From NCBI RefSeq assembly GCF_009834535.1, contig NC_045696.1:6760001-6824000 (forward strand): DNA of 64,000 nt. The letters run 5' to 3'. This DNA is from Camelus ferus (Eukaryota). Below the pieces are notes generated by a model. That model was not told the origin of the DNA. It saw only the letters and a program-made list of their open reading frames with translations, and ran no database searches. Position numbers and translations under genes: made by a program. Below, piece after piece: positions 24,831 to 37,857 of the stretch (position 1 is its first letter; each line of letters starts with the position of its first letter).

Positions 24831-27110
24831 GGCACCGCATGAGTCAGTTTCTGCATGTAAGCAATACAATTCTTGACAGGTAATGCCTCCATCTAAAATG
24901 ATGAGTAATACCTGAAACCCTCCTGGGCGGTTCAGTATTTTATCTGAAATATATATCTAACTCTTTCTGAAAAACAAATGTAGAAGGAGGCAGGACGGGG
25001 TGGAGGAAGAAAAAGAAAGGAAGGTGAGAGTAAAGAGAAAAAGCTCACATTTTACGAACCAGTAGCTGACACTGATCCACAACTGGTCTGGTGTTAATAA
25101 CAATATCTAACACTAGAGGAATCACTTTATTTCATTAATAGTGTTTCCTTCTGTAACAATAGTTTCAGCTTCCAGCTAATACAAAGTACAAATCTAAACT
25201 TCACTCGAGAAAAATAACACGAAGAGGCACACATGTAAGGAAGAATAAACTTTTATTGCCCCTGTAAGGCATGAATTTGATCTTTTCTTAAGGACTAGAG
25301 GTCAGGCAAGCATGTAAATGAGTCCTAGGCTGATAGTTTACGCAAGACAGAAAGCACACTCCTAATTCATAGCTCCTTTCTTCCAAGATTCTATAAAAGG
25401 GACATTGTAAATTTGCTGAAAGGTGTTTTGGCTAAAGAGATGAGAAAATAAATTTAGCATCATAGAGGGCTGCAGAGGAATGGCCCCTGAGTGTGCATAA
25501 GGAAGAGTGACTAGAGATTTGCTCCGGAATACCTGAGCCCAGTGTGCTGGGTTAAATATTTGCCGTCCCTGCACTCCTAAGGGGCCACCACGTGAGACAT
25601 CAACACAGACACAGACGCTGTAAAGCAACGAACCCCTATGTGCGCCAGCAGGAGGGGGTCTGCAGGAGTGATGGCTGGTTGTGTGCTTTGCTTTATGTCG
25701 GGCACAGTTACGAGCAGAGACAAAGAACTTGAGGAAAAATTGCTGTTTCCTCATACAGTGGGAATTCCTCTCTCCCATCCAGCCCCTCCCCAAGTGACCA
25801 TCTGTATCGAGATACCTTCACTGATGTTCAAGGAGCTAAAAACAGGATCTCAATCACGAAAAGGATAGCACACACATGTTCTCTTAAAGTACGTGATTCA
25901 AAGACAAGGGCTGTGGCCACAAATGACACTTTCCCTAAGGGGAAAAATAAAGACACACAGAGAAAAAAAAGTGATGCGTGAGGAGGAGCAAAAGGAGGGG
26001 GAGAGAGGGAGAGACAGAGACAGAGAGGGGAGGTGGGGGAGAGAGGGAGACAGAGGTCTGCCTAGGCCTGAGGCTTCAAGCTTGAGCAGACAACTGAAAT
26101 TTTGATTCAGTATCCCATCGTGTGGAGCTCATTAGTGTCCAAGTTTTATTCCATAAATAGAATTGCCTCCAGACCCCAGCTTTTGATAGAAAAAAAGTAT
26201 CGTATCCCACCCCGGCTTGAGATGCAAAGCAGAAAGGAATTGCTGTCTGATTCTTAGGGAGTAAGGAGGTGCGACTGAAAAGCAAAACATCCTTTTGGGG
26301 TGTCAGGGAACTAAGGTCCGGCTGTTAGTTTATCTTAGTCTGTTCCGTCTACTCTCACCAAGTTTTATTTTAGCCCCAGGTGGGAGGGGTCGCCTTCTTT
26401 TGGCCCACGTTGTGACTAAGCGGAACGTGGGGCTAGGACTGGTCACAGCCTTATTCTCCCTCAGTCACCTGTCCCCTCTCCGAGGTTGAAAGTCCTGCTA
26501 CAACCTGGCTTTCAGCAGGCAGGGAATTCCCTGCAGTGGACAAGCTCAGAGACCCCACCTTCCAAACCGCAAGGTGTAAGTTACACAAGAGATGTCAGGA
26601 ATTCATTAAATGTACAATAAAATACCATCCTAAAAAGTAACTGGCTTGCTTGGCTCCCTGTGTACTAAAAGGAAATCTTTCACTGATTTTTAGATTCAAA
26701 TCAATCAATATCCACAGGAATCCATTTGGTTCTCCACCTACATTGATCACCCCATTCGTGCTTTTATTAATTTCAGCCACTTCCCCGTGGAGCTGAGGCT
26801 ACAGCTCTCCAGGACTGTGTTCCAACCAAGTTCCTTTTAACAGTGGCTTTGGGAAATGAATGTCTCGACCTCAAGGACTACCTGTGACTTTAGGCATTCC
26901 AGCAGAGGTGAGGACAGGAATCTCAGTCCACTGTGTGAGGACCCTTCCTCCCTCATAATGCAGGACCTAACCCAAGTGCGTTCTCAGAACGAGCACCTCT
27001 CAGTCCATGGTTGGCTCTGAAGGATTCCCAAGGTCCCCCGGAAGGCAGGCCATTTCTACAAAGACAGGCTTTTACTGAATCAAGATCACTGCAGGTAAAT
27101 CTATCTGTAC

Positions 27111-27586
27111 TGTGATGGCGAATTTTGTGTGTCAACCTGACTGGGCCATGGGATTCCCAGATAGCTGGTTAAAGTTATTCCTGAGGGTGTCAGTAAGGGT
27201 GTTCTGAATGAGGTGAGCATTTGAATCAGCAGACTAAGTAAAACATTTGCCCTTCCCTATGTGGGTGGGTGTTATGTCATCCTTGCAGGCCTGAAGAGAC
27301 CAAGAAGACAGAGGAAGAAAGAATTCTCTCTTTCTCCCTGATTGATGAGCTGGGACATCCATCTTCTGCCCACAGACTGGGACTGGGACTTACACCACTG
27401 GCTCCCTGGTTCTCAGACCTCTGAGCTCAGGCTGGAACTATGCCACTGGTTTTCCTGAGCCCCCAGCTTGCAGACCATGGGACTGCTAAACTTCTGTGAC
27501 TATATGAGTCAATTCCTTGTAACAGATCTCTCGAGATACATATGTGTCTTATGATTCTGCTTCTCTGGAGAACCCTGACTGACACA
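27111..27586 (+). mobile_element. ERVL solo LTR (MLT2B/D-like), full length
   Basis: 'tgtgatggcgaattttgtgtgtcaacctgactgggcc...catttgaatcagcagactaagtaaa...gcttctctggagaaccctgactgacaca'. Confidence 0.93.
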
Positions 27587-28004
27587 AGGACAAACGCACC
27601 CTGATGCACCTGGCTCTGCTCTGTGAGCAGGGAAAGAGCTGTCTTCCCTCACAGGCGGATCGCCCACCTCGGGGCGGCCCCCTGTAGTCCAAGGTCATCC
27701 CTGTGAACACTGATCACCATGAAGAGGAGGTGAGGACAGATGAGACGGAGCCAACTTTTCCCACCTAAGACCTGCCTTCTCTCAGAGTTAACGCATTTTG
27801 GAGGAAGACGTTCTGAGTCCTGACAAGAAGGCAGAAGCCGCCCACACCAGCTGCTCTGCTTGGCAAGCAAGCCTCCCACAGATGGGAAGGGAATTACCAA
27901 CCCCAGAAGCTTTGTCCAATGATAATTCTCAGTTCAATCAATGGAAACTGCCAAAATTCAATGACTTTTGACTTAGAGAAACAGCAAGTCGAAGTGGTTC
28001 AGCC

Positions 28005-28200
28005 TAATAACAGCTGACATGCATTGAGCGCTGTGCTCCGGGCTTGCCTGTGTTCTCACACTCAACCCTTGAAACATCCATGATAATTAATAACTGCTGT
28101 TAGTCTCCCCATTTACGAATAAGGACTGAGGCACAGAGAGCTTGGACATCGTGCCCCTGGCCCCGCAGCCAGCAGGTGCAGAGCGGACTCAAGCAGGCCC
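28005..28200 (-). mobile_element. MIR SINE
   Basis: 'taataacagctgacatgcattgagcgct...ccccatttacgaataaggactgaggcacagagag'. Confidence 0.75.
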
Positions 28201-29422
28201 GAGATGGAAGTGGCAGGTGGGAGCCTCACTTTCCCTAAACCCGGGTGTGAGTGTCAGTTCCCTCCCGTTGCAAACTTGGCAGAGAAGCGTGAGAGAACGT
28301 GCCTACCTGGGCCTGGTCCCGGGAGCAGAACAACTCTCTGGAGAAGAGGCCACCAGCCCTGCCTGAAGGACGGAGCTGCCAACAGCCGGGGCTCAGCCAC
28401 AGCCTGATCCTGACCAACCCCGTGGGACTGAACACACAAGAAGGCCACCGGGATTTGTGGTCTGCGGGCCGGGGCTCTCTGCCGCCCACCTGCTGGGAAG
28501 CCTGTGAGAGGCTGGAGGGGGCAGAGAGGCTGGCCCAGGAAGCACCTCCAGCCTGTGGGCACATGGCCCCTCCTCTGTTTCCCTCTGGCCACCCTTTGTG
28601 GCCAGCATCTGAAAAACGTAGATATTTAATGAAAAAAAGCTCTGTGTTTTCAAAGAAGGAGACCGAAGCCCCAAGAAGCAGACCAGGGCAGCCCCTGGAA
28701 GGCCCCCCGCGGACCTCCAGCTGCAGGGAGACTTTGACCAAGGCCTTCAGGTGATGCACTTTGAAATCCATCATCACCATGTTTGCACGAGGCTGCGCTT
28801 GCCCTGGGCTGCTCCAGCCAACGACCCAGGCAGGCTTGTTCCTAGGATACACAGGGGGAACCTTCCAGAGACTGCCACAGTGCAGCCCAGGATGCATCCT
28901 CCCAGCTTGCACAGATTCCCTCTCCATTCTCTCTCACACTGTAGTTTCCCCTAAGAAAATCCGTGTGCCTTTAACCCCATCTTGACACATGCTGCTCCGA
29001 GGACCCAGACCATACAGGACGTGGCTTGGTGAGCCAGGAGACCCTCGCTCCGTTCCTTTCCTCGTTCCAAACCTCCTGAATCTTTGTAGCACAAGTGGTG
29101 AGTGTTTTCCTCTCTCTGTTACCAGCAAACTGTCGGGGTTGTACTGAAGTGACCCCGAGATGTGTGAGTCCTTTCTTCTGAAGATAATCGACACACTCTG
29201 CAATATGGAAACACATAAGGTTTCCGGGATGCTTAAGAAGGAGGTGCTGGCGTTTCCCTTATTAAGACAGAGCATCCCGAAGAACGGAGAAGGCTCTGCG
29301 GCGCAACCAGCTGACAAAGGATAATGGAGCTGTAGGACCAGGTTCAAAGCAAAACATCAGGGCATCTCCCATTTGAAGCAGCCACCGTCGTGGGGGGGGG
29401 GGAGGGGGATGGACAAAACCAT

Positions 29423-29936
29423 TGTCAGCTGAAATAAAATGCACAATCTAAAAGTTGAGAGTTATGTTTTATTTGGCAGATTTCCTTGGGACCCGAGCCC
29501 GGGACACAGCATCTCAGATCACTCTAAGAGGCTGTTTCAAAGTGGCAAGGTAGAAACCAGGATATGTGAGTTTTTGCAACCAAGACCAGGTAGTTGGAAC
29601 ATCAAAAGATTACTGCTAATTAAATAAAACCAGGTACATAAATTTAAGGAATTCAGCGCTTTTCTATGCATGGGAAGGAGCAAAGCTCTGGGCTCTATGA
29701 AATCACTCCTTTGATGTGCACCTGGCTGTCGAGGACCAGTGTCCTGTTCCTCCACATTCTGAGTCCCCTGGGGAGGGGGGGACACAGTTGGCGGTGGCTG
29801 CAGAGGCCGGCTGCCTGCTTGTCGGCGTCCTGAGTTCCCTCCGCTCACTGTCAAGGGGATAGTGGTAGCGGTGGATGACTTGATGGCCGCAGCATCCTTT
29901 GTTTACTGATATGGTTGGCAATATTTTTCATTCACA
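29423..29936 (-). mobile_element. Cetartiodactyl-type ERV1 solo LTR, full length
   Basis: TG...CA ends; 4-bp TSD ccat (29419-22) / ccac (29937-40); minus-strand AATAAA at 29468-73. The minus strand begins 'tgtgaatgaaaaatattgccaaccatatcagtaaacaaaggatgctgcggccatcaag', resembling artiodactyl ERV1 LTRs. Confidence 0.88.
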
Positions 29937-31449
29937 CCACCTACATCCACCATCCCAAAACTGTAGGAGGGCTACCGATACCCAGCCAAACACTTGAGAA
30001 ATACGGTGAAATGCAGAAGACTCATTTCTCAAGCTTAGGACTGCAATGAATGTAGCCACATCTGAATGTTGAATTATATTATTTAGAGTAGAGAACATTC
30101 TCACCGTTGCCTAGACTCGGTGTACTGGAAATTCTACTAAGGTTTTTTTTTTTTTTTTTTAACAATTTTAGGCTTAAAAATAATCAGGTACAGCCCAGAA
30201 GAAGTGTGTGGGCACCTAATGCTAGGCTGAGGCCACCAGGCTGCACGTTAACCGGCTTTCTGGGTTCAAAGTGCCGGCTGGGGACGAAGGCATGATACCC
30301 TGTCCAGCTCACTCTGAAGGGCTTTTCCAAAGTCAGAGGCCACAGCAAGATCAAGATGGTTTAAACCTGTTTCTCCCTGACAGTTCTCCTATCCCATGGA
30401 CACACCAGCCCCTCTGCCACCAGACCAAGGATCAGATGCTGATGGTTATCGCACAGGAAATAGGACTTGTGCCTGAGCCCTTTATCAGTCTGTCAACACA
30501 TCCTGAATAAAGAATGCTTCTTACAATCCCTGTGATGAGGTTTTGAATAAAATTATTCACCTCCAACCTAAGTTTACGATTCAGGCCATTAGAAGTAATT
30601 CTGCCTGAAGCCCACGGCATTTGAACCAACGGCTGAGATATAGGCTTATTAACATTCATTTTCTTGGCCAAGGCAGTGATCACACGGTATTTGGGATGGC
30701 TTTACAGCAGAGTCTTGCTGATGCTCTGTGTTTTAAAAAGCTGAATTTACAGCCAGAGGCACTTATTCCTATTATGACAGCAATGGCAAAGGAGAATGAG
30801 TCTAATAACTTCTCTGAGGGTGTTAAATTGATGTTAAGAATGAAAAAGAGGAGCCTGGACCATTAGAGCCTCACAGATTTCAACTTTTGTTATGAATATT
30901 AACACTGGTAACTTCGCACTGATTTTTTTTTTAACACTCATAGACACAAACAAGAAGACAGTATTTTGAGCAAAAATGAGAGGACAACTTTTCCCAAATT
31001 CAGCCTCTGTTAACCTCTTGAATTCCAAAATCCAGCCCAAGCTAGATCTAGCTTTAAATTTCTTAATCCCCTTCACAGCCACCCTCAGTTCTTCCAGTCC
31101 CTCCCCACCAAAACCCATTTCTTCACCATGAAATAGAACAAAAGGAGTGTGCCTCAGAGAGAGCACAACAGGGCTTTCTTGTGTTGCGTTTCTGCTATGC
31201 ACCCACCTCTGCTGCACAAAACTCACCTGTTAGGTCCTCCTCTTGTTCTGGTTCAGTGTATTTGAACTGGTTCTAACCCAGCCAGGTGGTGACATCCTGG
31301 ACCATCCTTGGGACGTCACTTGCAGGAGGACTCAGGAGAACAGGCTGTCTGAGCAGGCCTATCACGTGGGTGATGCCCTCACCCAGTCTCCTCCCAAGCA
31401 CAAGGGGCTGTGCTTTTCAAACAAGCTGGATCAAGATCATAGGACAAAT

Positions 31450-31680
31450 CATGGACGTTGGAGTCAGATGAACCTGAGTTCCAATTCTGCCTCTGCTGCT
31501 TATTGTGTAACCCTGGGCGAGTTCCTTAACCTCTCTAAGCCTCTGTTTCTACATCTCTTCAATGAGATACTACAATTACCTACCTTGCAAGGTTGCTGTG
31601 AAGACTAAGAGAGAAAATGGATTGGAAGCACTTAGCATAATGACTACCACAGAAGTGCTATTATAATAGTATTATAGTTG
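31450..31680 (+). mobile_element. MIR SINE, near full length
   Basis: 'ggagtcagatgaacctgagttccaattctgcctctgc...tgtgtaaccctgggcgagttccttaacctctctaagcctctgtttctacatct...aagcacttagca'. Confidence 0.9.
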
Positions 31681-34535
31681 ATTCTGAATCTCCTTCAGTT
31701 GGGGTTGAGGACAAAAGCACTGAAGGTAGGAATCGGCTGGATCTCACAACACAACACTGGAAAAAGGTGCGAGGGTGAAGTGAGCCACTCCTCCCACGCC
31801 AGCCACAGCAGAGTGATAACCTCCTAACCTGAACTTAAGCCAGCTCCATGACCTTCTCTCCATAAAAAATGAGAACAGCTCTGGAGGCAAAGGATGTTCT
31901 AGGAAAAAGAACAATTGGCAGGAATAAGATGTTCAACAAACCATGCTCCCCACACTGAAAAAGTATCTACTGACAATTAATGGTTCAAACGCTATAGCCC
32001 AAGGAGCCATTGCAAGCCAACATTTTTTAAAAAGTCAACTCCTGCCTATTCAAATCTTGTCATCACCTTCTCCAGAACAGAAGGTGGCAGGTGGATTTTA
32101 TTACAATCAACAGGAAGTGGCTGCCCAGAGTTTTCTGTTGATAAAGTTTCCGAGGCTGAGTCAGAGTGATATCACCATTTAGTCACGTCATCCAGATGAC
32201 TATAAGAACAGGGGATGTGATGCCACAGACTTGTCATGACCTCCCTAGACAATCCAGAAAAAAAAAAAAAAAACAGCTACACAAACACATAATTCTTAGA
32301 AATGTAATATCTTGATCAACAAAGAGTACAGCATCATCATCAAACAGAATAGACAGTATGATTCTTCCCTAAAGCTTCAGCTAATTCTCAGTGCTGAGAA
32401 AATGCTGAGGACATCAGCTCCGGGCTCTGCAGCAACGTACTGAGATGGAAAAGAGGTGCAGAAACCAGTGTCTGCTTGATCATTGACCCATGACTGGCAG
32501 AAGTGTCAGCTGGAGTCCCAGGATGGCTCCCATCAGAATTGTGAGAAGACCTGGGAAGTTTGATTCCCCTGGAACCTGAGAATGTGTGCATAACCCTTCG
32601 AATCTTAGCCACCCTTGGATGAGTTAATGGCCTGCTGATTTCACTATCTAGCCTTGCATCAGTCAGGTTCACCTTGGGAAGCAGCCCCCCTGCTCCACTC
32701 TTAGAAGCCACCCATGGTGGGCCATTGCTAGTGGCCCTCAGAGCGCACTGCTGGGCTCCCCCTCAAGCACACTTCTTCCTGACGGTTCTCTGATCCTTTG
32801 GCTCATGAACCCAGATACTGTAGATGTAAAGCAGTGCCTTGTTCCTTTCTGCCCAGTTTCCCCAGACTCATACTTCTAGCATTGTCTGGTTCCCAATCTC
32901 TGACTTGCCTGAGGTCTGCTTATTATAATACTGGAGCCTACCTCATAAGGGTGTTCATTAAATAAAATTAAATTATTAAATCAGAGTATTAAATAAGACT
33001 AAAATATAAAGAGCTTATACAGAGTTGTCATAATTATTCCAGCCCAGCTATTTAGACTTTAAGTCCAAACTTGACCCTTTTGTCCAACCCAGTCCCAGTG
33101 TCCCCCTTATACTGAGGCATCAACCACATCAAGGAACAACGGGACTTGGAGTGAAGAGCTGGGAGATGCAGGATGTCCTCCCAACTTCTGGCTTCACGTG
33201 ACTTGTCTCCTGATCAGACATTTGGTGCCTGAGAAGACAGCTAGCACAGTGGGTGCTGAATACTCCTGCCCCAGCCACTCAGTAAAGTTCAGGTTGATCA
33301 GCTGTGTGTGCTCAGTAAATGCAAAAGGAGGAGGAAAGTCAGTTTCAGGGTGGACACTCTGGAAACCGAAAATGACGTGCAGGACTCTGGACACACTTAA
33401 GGAAAGACGATGGGAAGAAAACCCAGCAGTTTCAAGACAATGTGACATGGTTGCTGTTATGCCTCAAGCACATGCCACATGTGAGTGTTTGACATTAACA
33501 CGACCACGTTTGAGAATCACCAGACGTGAGCTGATATTCACACGATCATACCTAACATATACTTACGTTCTTCTCAGTAACTGGTCTCCTTGCATAGCTT
33601 TTTGGGTAACAGGCCTTCCACCTGGCCTCATGCTGGGATGATGAGAATCGTGGACACTCAGGTTATTTTGAATTGTGTCACACCCAGTCAACTCCAAAAT
33701 TAGCTCTTTAGCTGTGAATGTAAATGGTAGCAACTGAGTAAATAGGAAAAATAAAATATTTAGATTTTCATTTTCTATACTGTAGTAAAATCCATCAAAT
33801 TTACATCAGGGTTTGAGAATAATAAAAGAATTGGGGCCTAGGTGTCCTGATGGAGGCCATGGCCATGGAACATGCCAGAAAGTCTCTGGGATGGAGAGCA
33901 GCAGCCTGTGGCCGCCCCACAGACACTTCCCTCTGCCCTCACACAGACCAAATTTCATGGCTATTTTTGAACAAGGACAGATGTTTCCAGCATAAAGAAG
34001 GACTTTGAGGTTACAAACTATTTTTTTTTCTTACCTTCTTTCAAACTCTCAAATGAATAAATGTAGCTACCAAAGAGGCAAGGGGTAAACATGAGAGAAG
34101 GACAGAGCAGAAAAAGGGAATATGAGAGGTACATAAGGAAAAGAAAGGGGAAGAATGAAGGGAAGAGGACAAACCTGGAGAAGAGGGGAGGCCTGACGAG
34201 GAATCACGGCCCCGGCCCCGGGCCCTGCAACACGGCCTGGGATTCCCGCGCGCGTGCGTGTGAGCGCCCACAACCACAGCAGCTTCAGCCAGGACACCGT
34301 CCTTTTCTCACTTCCTGTCGTTAGCAAAGTGTCCGGTTTTATGTCCACAGTGAGTTAACTTAAGACAGGCTTCTGTCCTTGACAAGTATTTTTCAGGAAG
34401 GAAAGACAGCCCCTTTTCATGGTTAAAGAAAAGTCATTTTTCAATGTATAATTTCTTTTAAAGTTTGGACAAATGTCTACTGTCTACATGCAAAATAGAT
34501 TCATTCTACTTTCATTACAAATGCACTTCACCACT

Positions 34536-34680
34536 ATATATATGTATGTATGTATATATAGATACACTTGCATACACAATATATAATAAACGTGCATGTA
34601 TGTGTATGTATTTACTTGCATATGTAATATACGATATACATGCATGTATCTGTAAGTGTACATACATGTAATATGTAAAT
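34536..34680. repeat. Degenerate (TA/TG/CA)n low-complexity repeat
   Basis: 'tatatatatgtatgtatgtatatatagatacac...gtatgtgtatgta...gtacatacatgtaatatg'. Confidence 0.8.
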
Positions 34681-34734
34681 ATATTTTGAGCCCTCAGAAT
34701 GGATCCAAACCATCTCATGCTTTAATTAGTACCA

Positions 34735-34900
34735 TCTTATTTAATCCTCTCAACAGCTCGATGAAAGCCATACCATGAAATTCACCAAGATACACATGAG
34801 GAGACTGAGTTAACAGTTTAGTTTGAGTTCCCTGCCTGAGGTTCCGAAGCTGCTGAGCACTGTTGGGAGCCAGTGTCAGCCTCGGCTGGTGTGTCTCTGG
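34735..34900 (-). mobile_element. MIR fragment
   Basis: 'atttaatcctctcaacagctcgatga...acacatgaggagactgag...tgcctgaggttccgaagctg'. Confidence 0.55.
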
Positions 34901-34922
34901 AATTTAATTGCACAATAACCTT

Positions 34923-35119
34923 CATTTTATTTTTTTAATTGAAATGTAATCAGTTACAATGTGTCCATTTCTGGTGTACAGCATCGTATCCCAGTCACAC
35001 ATACACATACATATATTCATTTTCATATTCTTTTTCACTGAAGGTTATTAAAAGGTACTGAATATAGTTCCCTGTGTTACACAGAAGAAATTTGTTTTTT
35101 ATCTATTTTTATATATAGT
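34923..35119 (-). mobile_element. Very short 5'-truncated young LINE-1 3' end with TSD
   Basis: T-rich tail, then 'aattgaaatgtaatcagttacaatgtgtccatttctggtgtacagcat...'. TSD acaataacctt (34912-22) / acaatgacctt (35120-30), followed by aaa. Confidence 0.9.
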
Positions 35120-35839
35120 ACAATGACCTTAAATAGATATCCTTTCTCCTCCTGAAAGCGTGATTGGCTGCCGTCTTCTGCAGTTCTTGCCCACCACCCC
35201 TATGATTTTTTAAATCAGGATCCCACCCCTGCTCTTAGCTGGGCTCTGCCTTCCCTTTACTAGCTCCCCTGTTGTGGAGTGAATTTAAATTATGTCTTGA
35301 GAATGCCTGCGGAGTCCATCTCTGTTTCACCAAGCCGTGGTTTTTGCCTCCCCCCCCCCCCCCCCGCACTGGCCTAGAGCTTTAGGACCCTCCCATGGAG
35401 GAATCCGCACACCTCAGCAGGTGGCGGTCCCTCGCAGGGGGGGGCTACAAACGTTGGTGCAGGGCAGCCTCAAGCGCACACGCCCACTCCAGGTTCCCTG
35501 AAGTGTCACAGCAAGTGTCCTGCAGAAGCCAGCAGAGGAAAGGGGTGAAGCCAGGAGACGCTCACACAGGCGCCAGCACGCCAAGCGCCAGCAAGGCGCT
35601 TACGCCACCCCGTGCACACGCGGAGGGCAGCCCGCTTCTTGGGGCCAAGACGGTCTGGGCGTGAGCCTTCCAGCTGTGGTTCCCACATTCTCACTGGACT
35701 TCTATGAGGAGAAAGTGCAACCCACCATCACCTGAAGGAGAACAGTCTCCAACTTGGCTGGATTTTCTTACTCAGACAAGGTAAGGCGTCCAGCTCCAGG
35801 CCACAGTCCTATGTGTGCTGTTGCAGGTCATATGTAGGC

Positions 35840-36100
35840 TCTCTGCCTGCCTGTCTTCGCGCTGGGACTCTGGCTTCTCCTGCCTTTGGACTCAGCCTTT
35901 GACTGATACCCCCAACATCAGCTCTCCTGGTTCTCAGGCCTTCAGACTTGGGCTGGAATTGTATCATTGGTTCTCCCGGGTCTGGCCTTCTCAGCGTTCA
36001 TAATTACATGAGCCAATTCCTTATAATAATCCTCATCTGTCTGTCTATCTATCCACACACCCTATGGGTTCTGTTTCTCTGGAGAACCCTGGCTGATACA
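35840..36100 (+). mobile_element. ERVL LTR (MLT2-like) 3' half
   Basis: 'cagctctcctggttctcaggccttcagacttgggctggaa...cataattacatgagccaattccttataataa...gttctgtttctctggagaaccctggctgataca'. Confidence 0.88.
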
Positions 36101-37024
36101 AGGCACTGCCCCACAGAATTCATGCTGGGAGCTCCCGTCCCCGCATCAGACTTGATGCCCAGCAGTGTGCTGCCCTTTTCCTGAGGGGGTTTCCATCAAG
36201 GACTGAGCCCCCCAGGCCAGCCAGGCTGACACACAAGTCCACATTCCTAGCCCAGGAGCCTCCACCAAGACTAGCTCCACAAGGTCCTTGGTTAAGGGAG
36301 GAACTTTTCTCCACTCTGAGTGAGTCCTTTCCCACTCCTGGCTTTCTCCTCTTGGCAAATACCATCACCCTCTGTCTAACTGACCCCCGTCTGGTGCCGT
36401 CCTGTGGAGGAGATGGAACCCTGGGGAGTTTTTCTGTCTCTTGCTGGGACTGTCGCAGTAGGAGAACCAGTACTTGATTGCTTCTTTCAGTTTAGCTCGT
36501 TGTCCTAACTGACCGCCTCGATGCCTGGCACCTGGACAGATGCCTCAGCCATGAAGTTTTCCAGTGTCTCCGCTCTTGGTCTGATGCTGGGACTGACATT
36601 GGACTTGGGGGAGGCAATAACTCCAGCATGTTATGGGACACCTTCCTTCATGACAACAATTTGCATTTTCATGTTGTATTATAATCCATAAAATGCCCAT
36701 GTTGGGAAGGTGCTGACCTCTTACTGGACAATCCCAGTCTCCCAGGGAGCTCAGTTTCAAGAAGAACCAGATTCACTGGCACCAAGTGCCTGTCTACTTC
36801 TTGTCCCCTGTGCTGCCATCCCCAACAAAGCCTACAGAAGCTAAATTTCAGCAGCAAAAGAGAAACCTGTGTCTTCATCTTCCCCTCTCCTGCTAAACCA
36901 CGTGTAAGTGTCTGTCTCAGCTCATCTGCACAGCAGCTCACTTCCATCTAGAGTGTTAATGACAGCCTGAGGTCTCCAAACCTGGGACCCGGGTTTACTC
37001 ATCAATGCTTAGCAGCTTCCTGAA

Positions 37025-37850
37025 TTTTTAAAAACTCTGCATTTCATAATAGTATTGAATTTACAAAAATATTGCAAGAATAATTCAGAGCATTCCCATG
37101 GGCCATTTACTCAGATTCATCCATTTTTAACATTTTGCTACATTAGTCTCATTATATTCTCTCTCCCAGAGTCTCGTGGTAAATGGCTTTGTACACACAC
37201 AAGTTTCTCTGGAACTTTTGAAAGTAGATTTCGTACATCATTCCTCTTTACCTCCTAATGCTTCAATGTGTGTTTCCTATGAACAAGGATATTCTTTCTA
37301 AAATAAACACAGTTCAGTTATCAGTTCAGGAAATTCACATGGATAAAATCCTTTGATTTAAATATAGACTATATTCTAATGTTCTCCATTGTCCAAAAAT
37401 GCCCTTTGTACAATTTTCCCTTCCAGGAGAGGATCCAGTTTAGGATCACGTGTTGCACTCATTGACCACGTCTCTAAACTGTTTCACTGGAACATTTTCT
37501 CAGGCTTTCTTTATCATGGCTTTCCCATTTTTAGAAAATATAAGTCATTTGTTTTTTAAACAGTTGATCAAAGTGGGTGTCTTTGATGTTTCCTTGTGCT
37601 TAGATTGAGATAATACATCTCTGGCTTAAATTCTACACAGTGGTGATTTCTCCTTCTCAGGGTGCCTCATCCAGAAGCACAGAATGTTCACTGCTGCTCG
37701 TTGGGGATGGTTATTTTGTCCACCCAGGCAAGGAGCTCTCTAATATTCCTGTCGTGCAATTCCCATTTTCACCGTTGCAAGTAAAAAGTAATCAATGCTT
37801 CTCAGTTTTTCTTAACGTGGAAATCCAGCGATGTCAGATATTTTAAAAAG
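37025..37850 (-). mobile_element. Old LINE-1 (L1MC4/5-like) 3' UTR
   Basis: 'gaatttacaaaaatattgcaagaataattcagagcattccc', 'ttcctatgaacaaggatattc', 'ggatccagtttaggatcacgtgttgca'. Confidence 0.8.
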
Positions 37851-37857
37851 CACTTTC

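Noticed and set aside
28235..28927. Longest ORF (230 aa, minus) and overlapping ORFs on both strands
   Set aside because: GC-rich sequence gives open frames in several phases; the composition is low-information (Pro/Gly/Ser/Arg), with no recognisable domain or exon structure.
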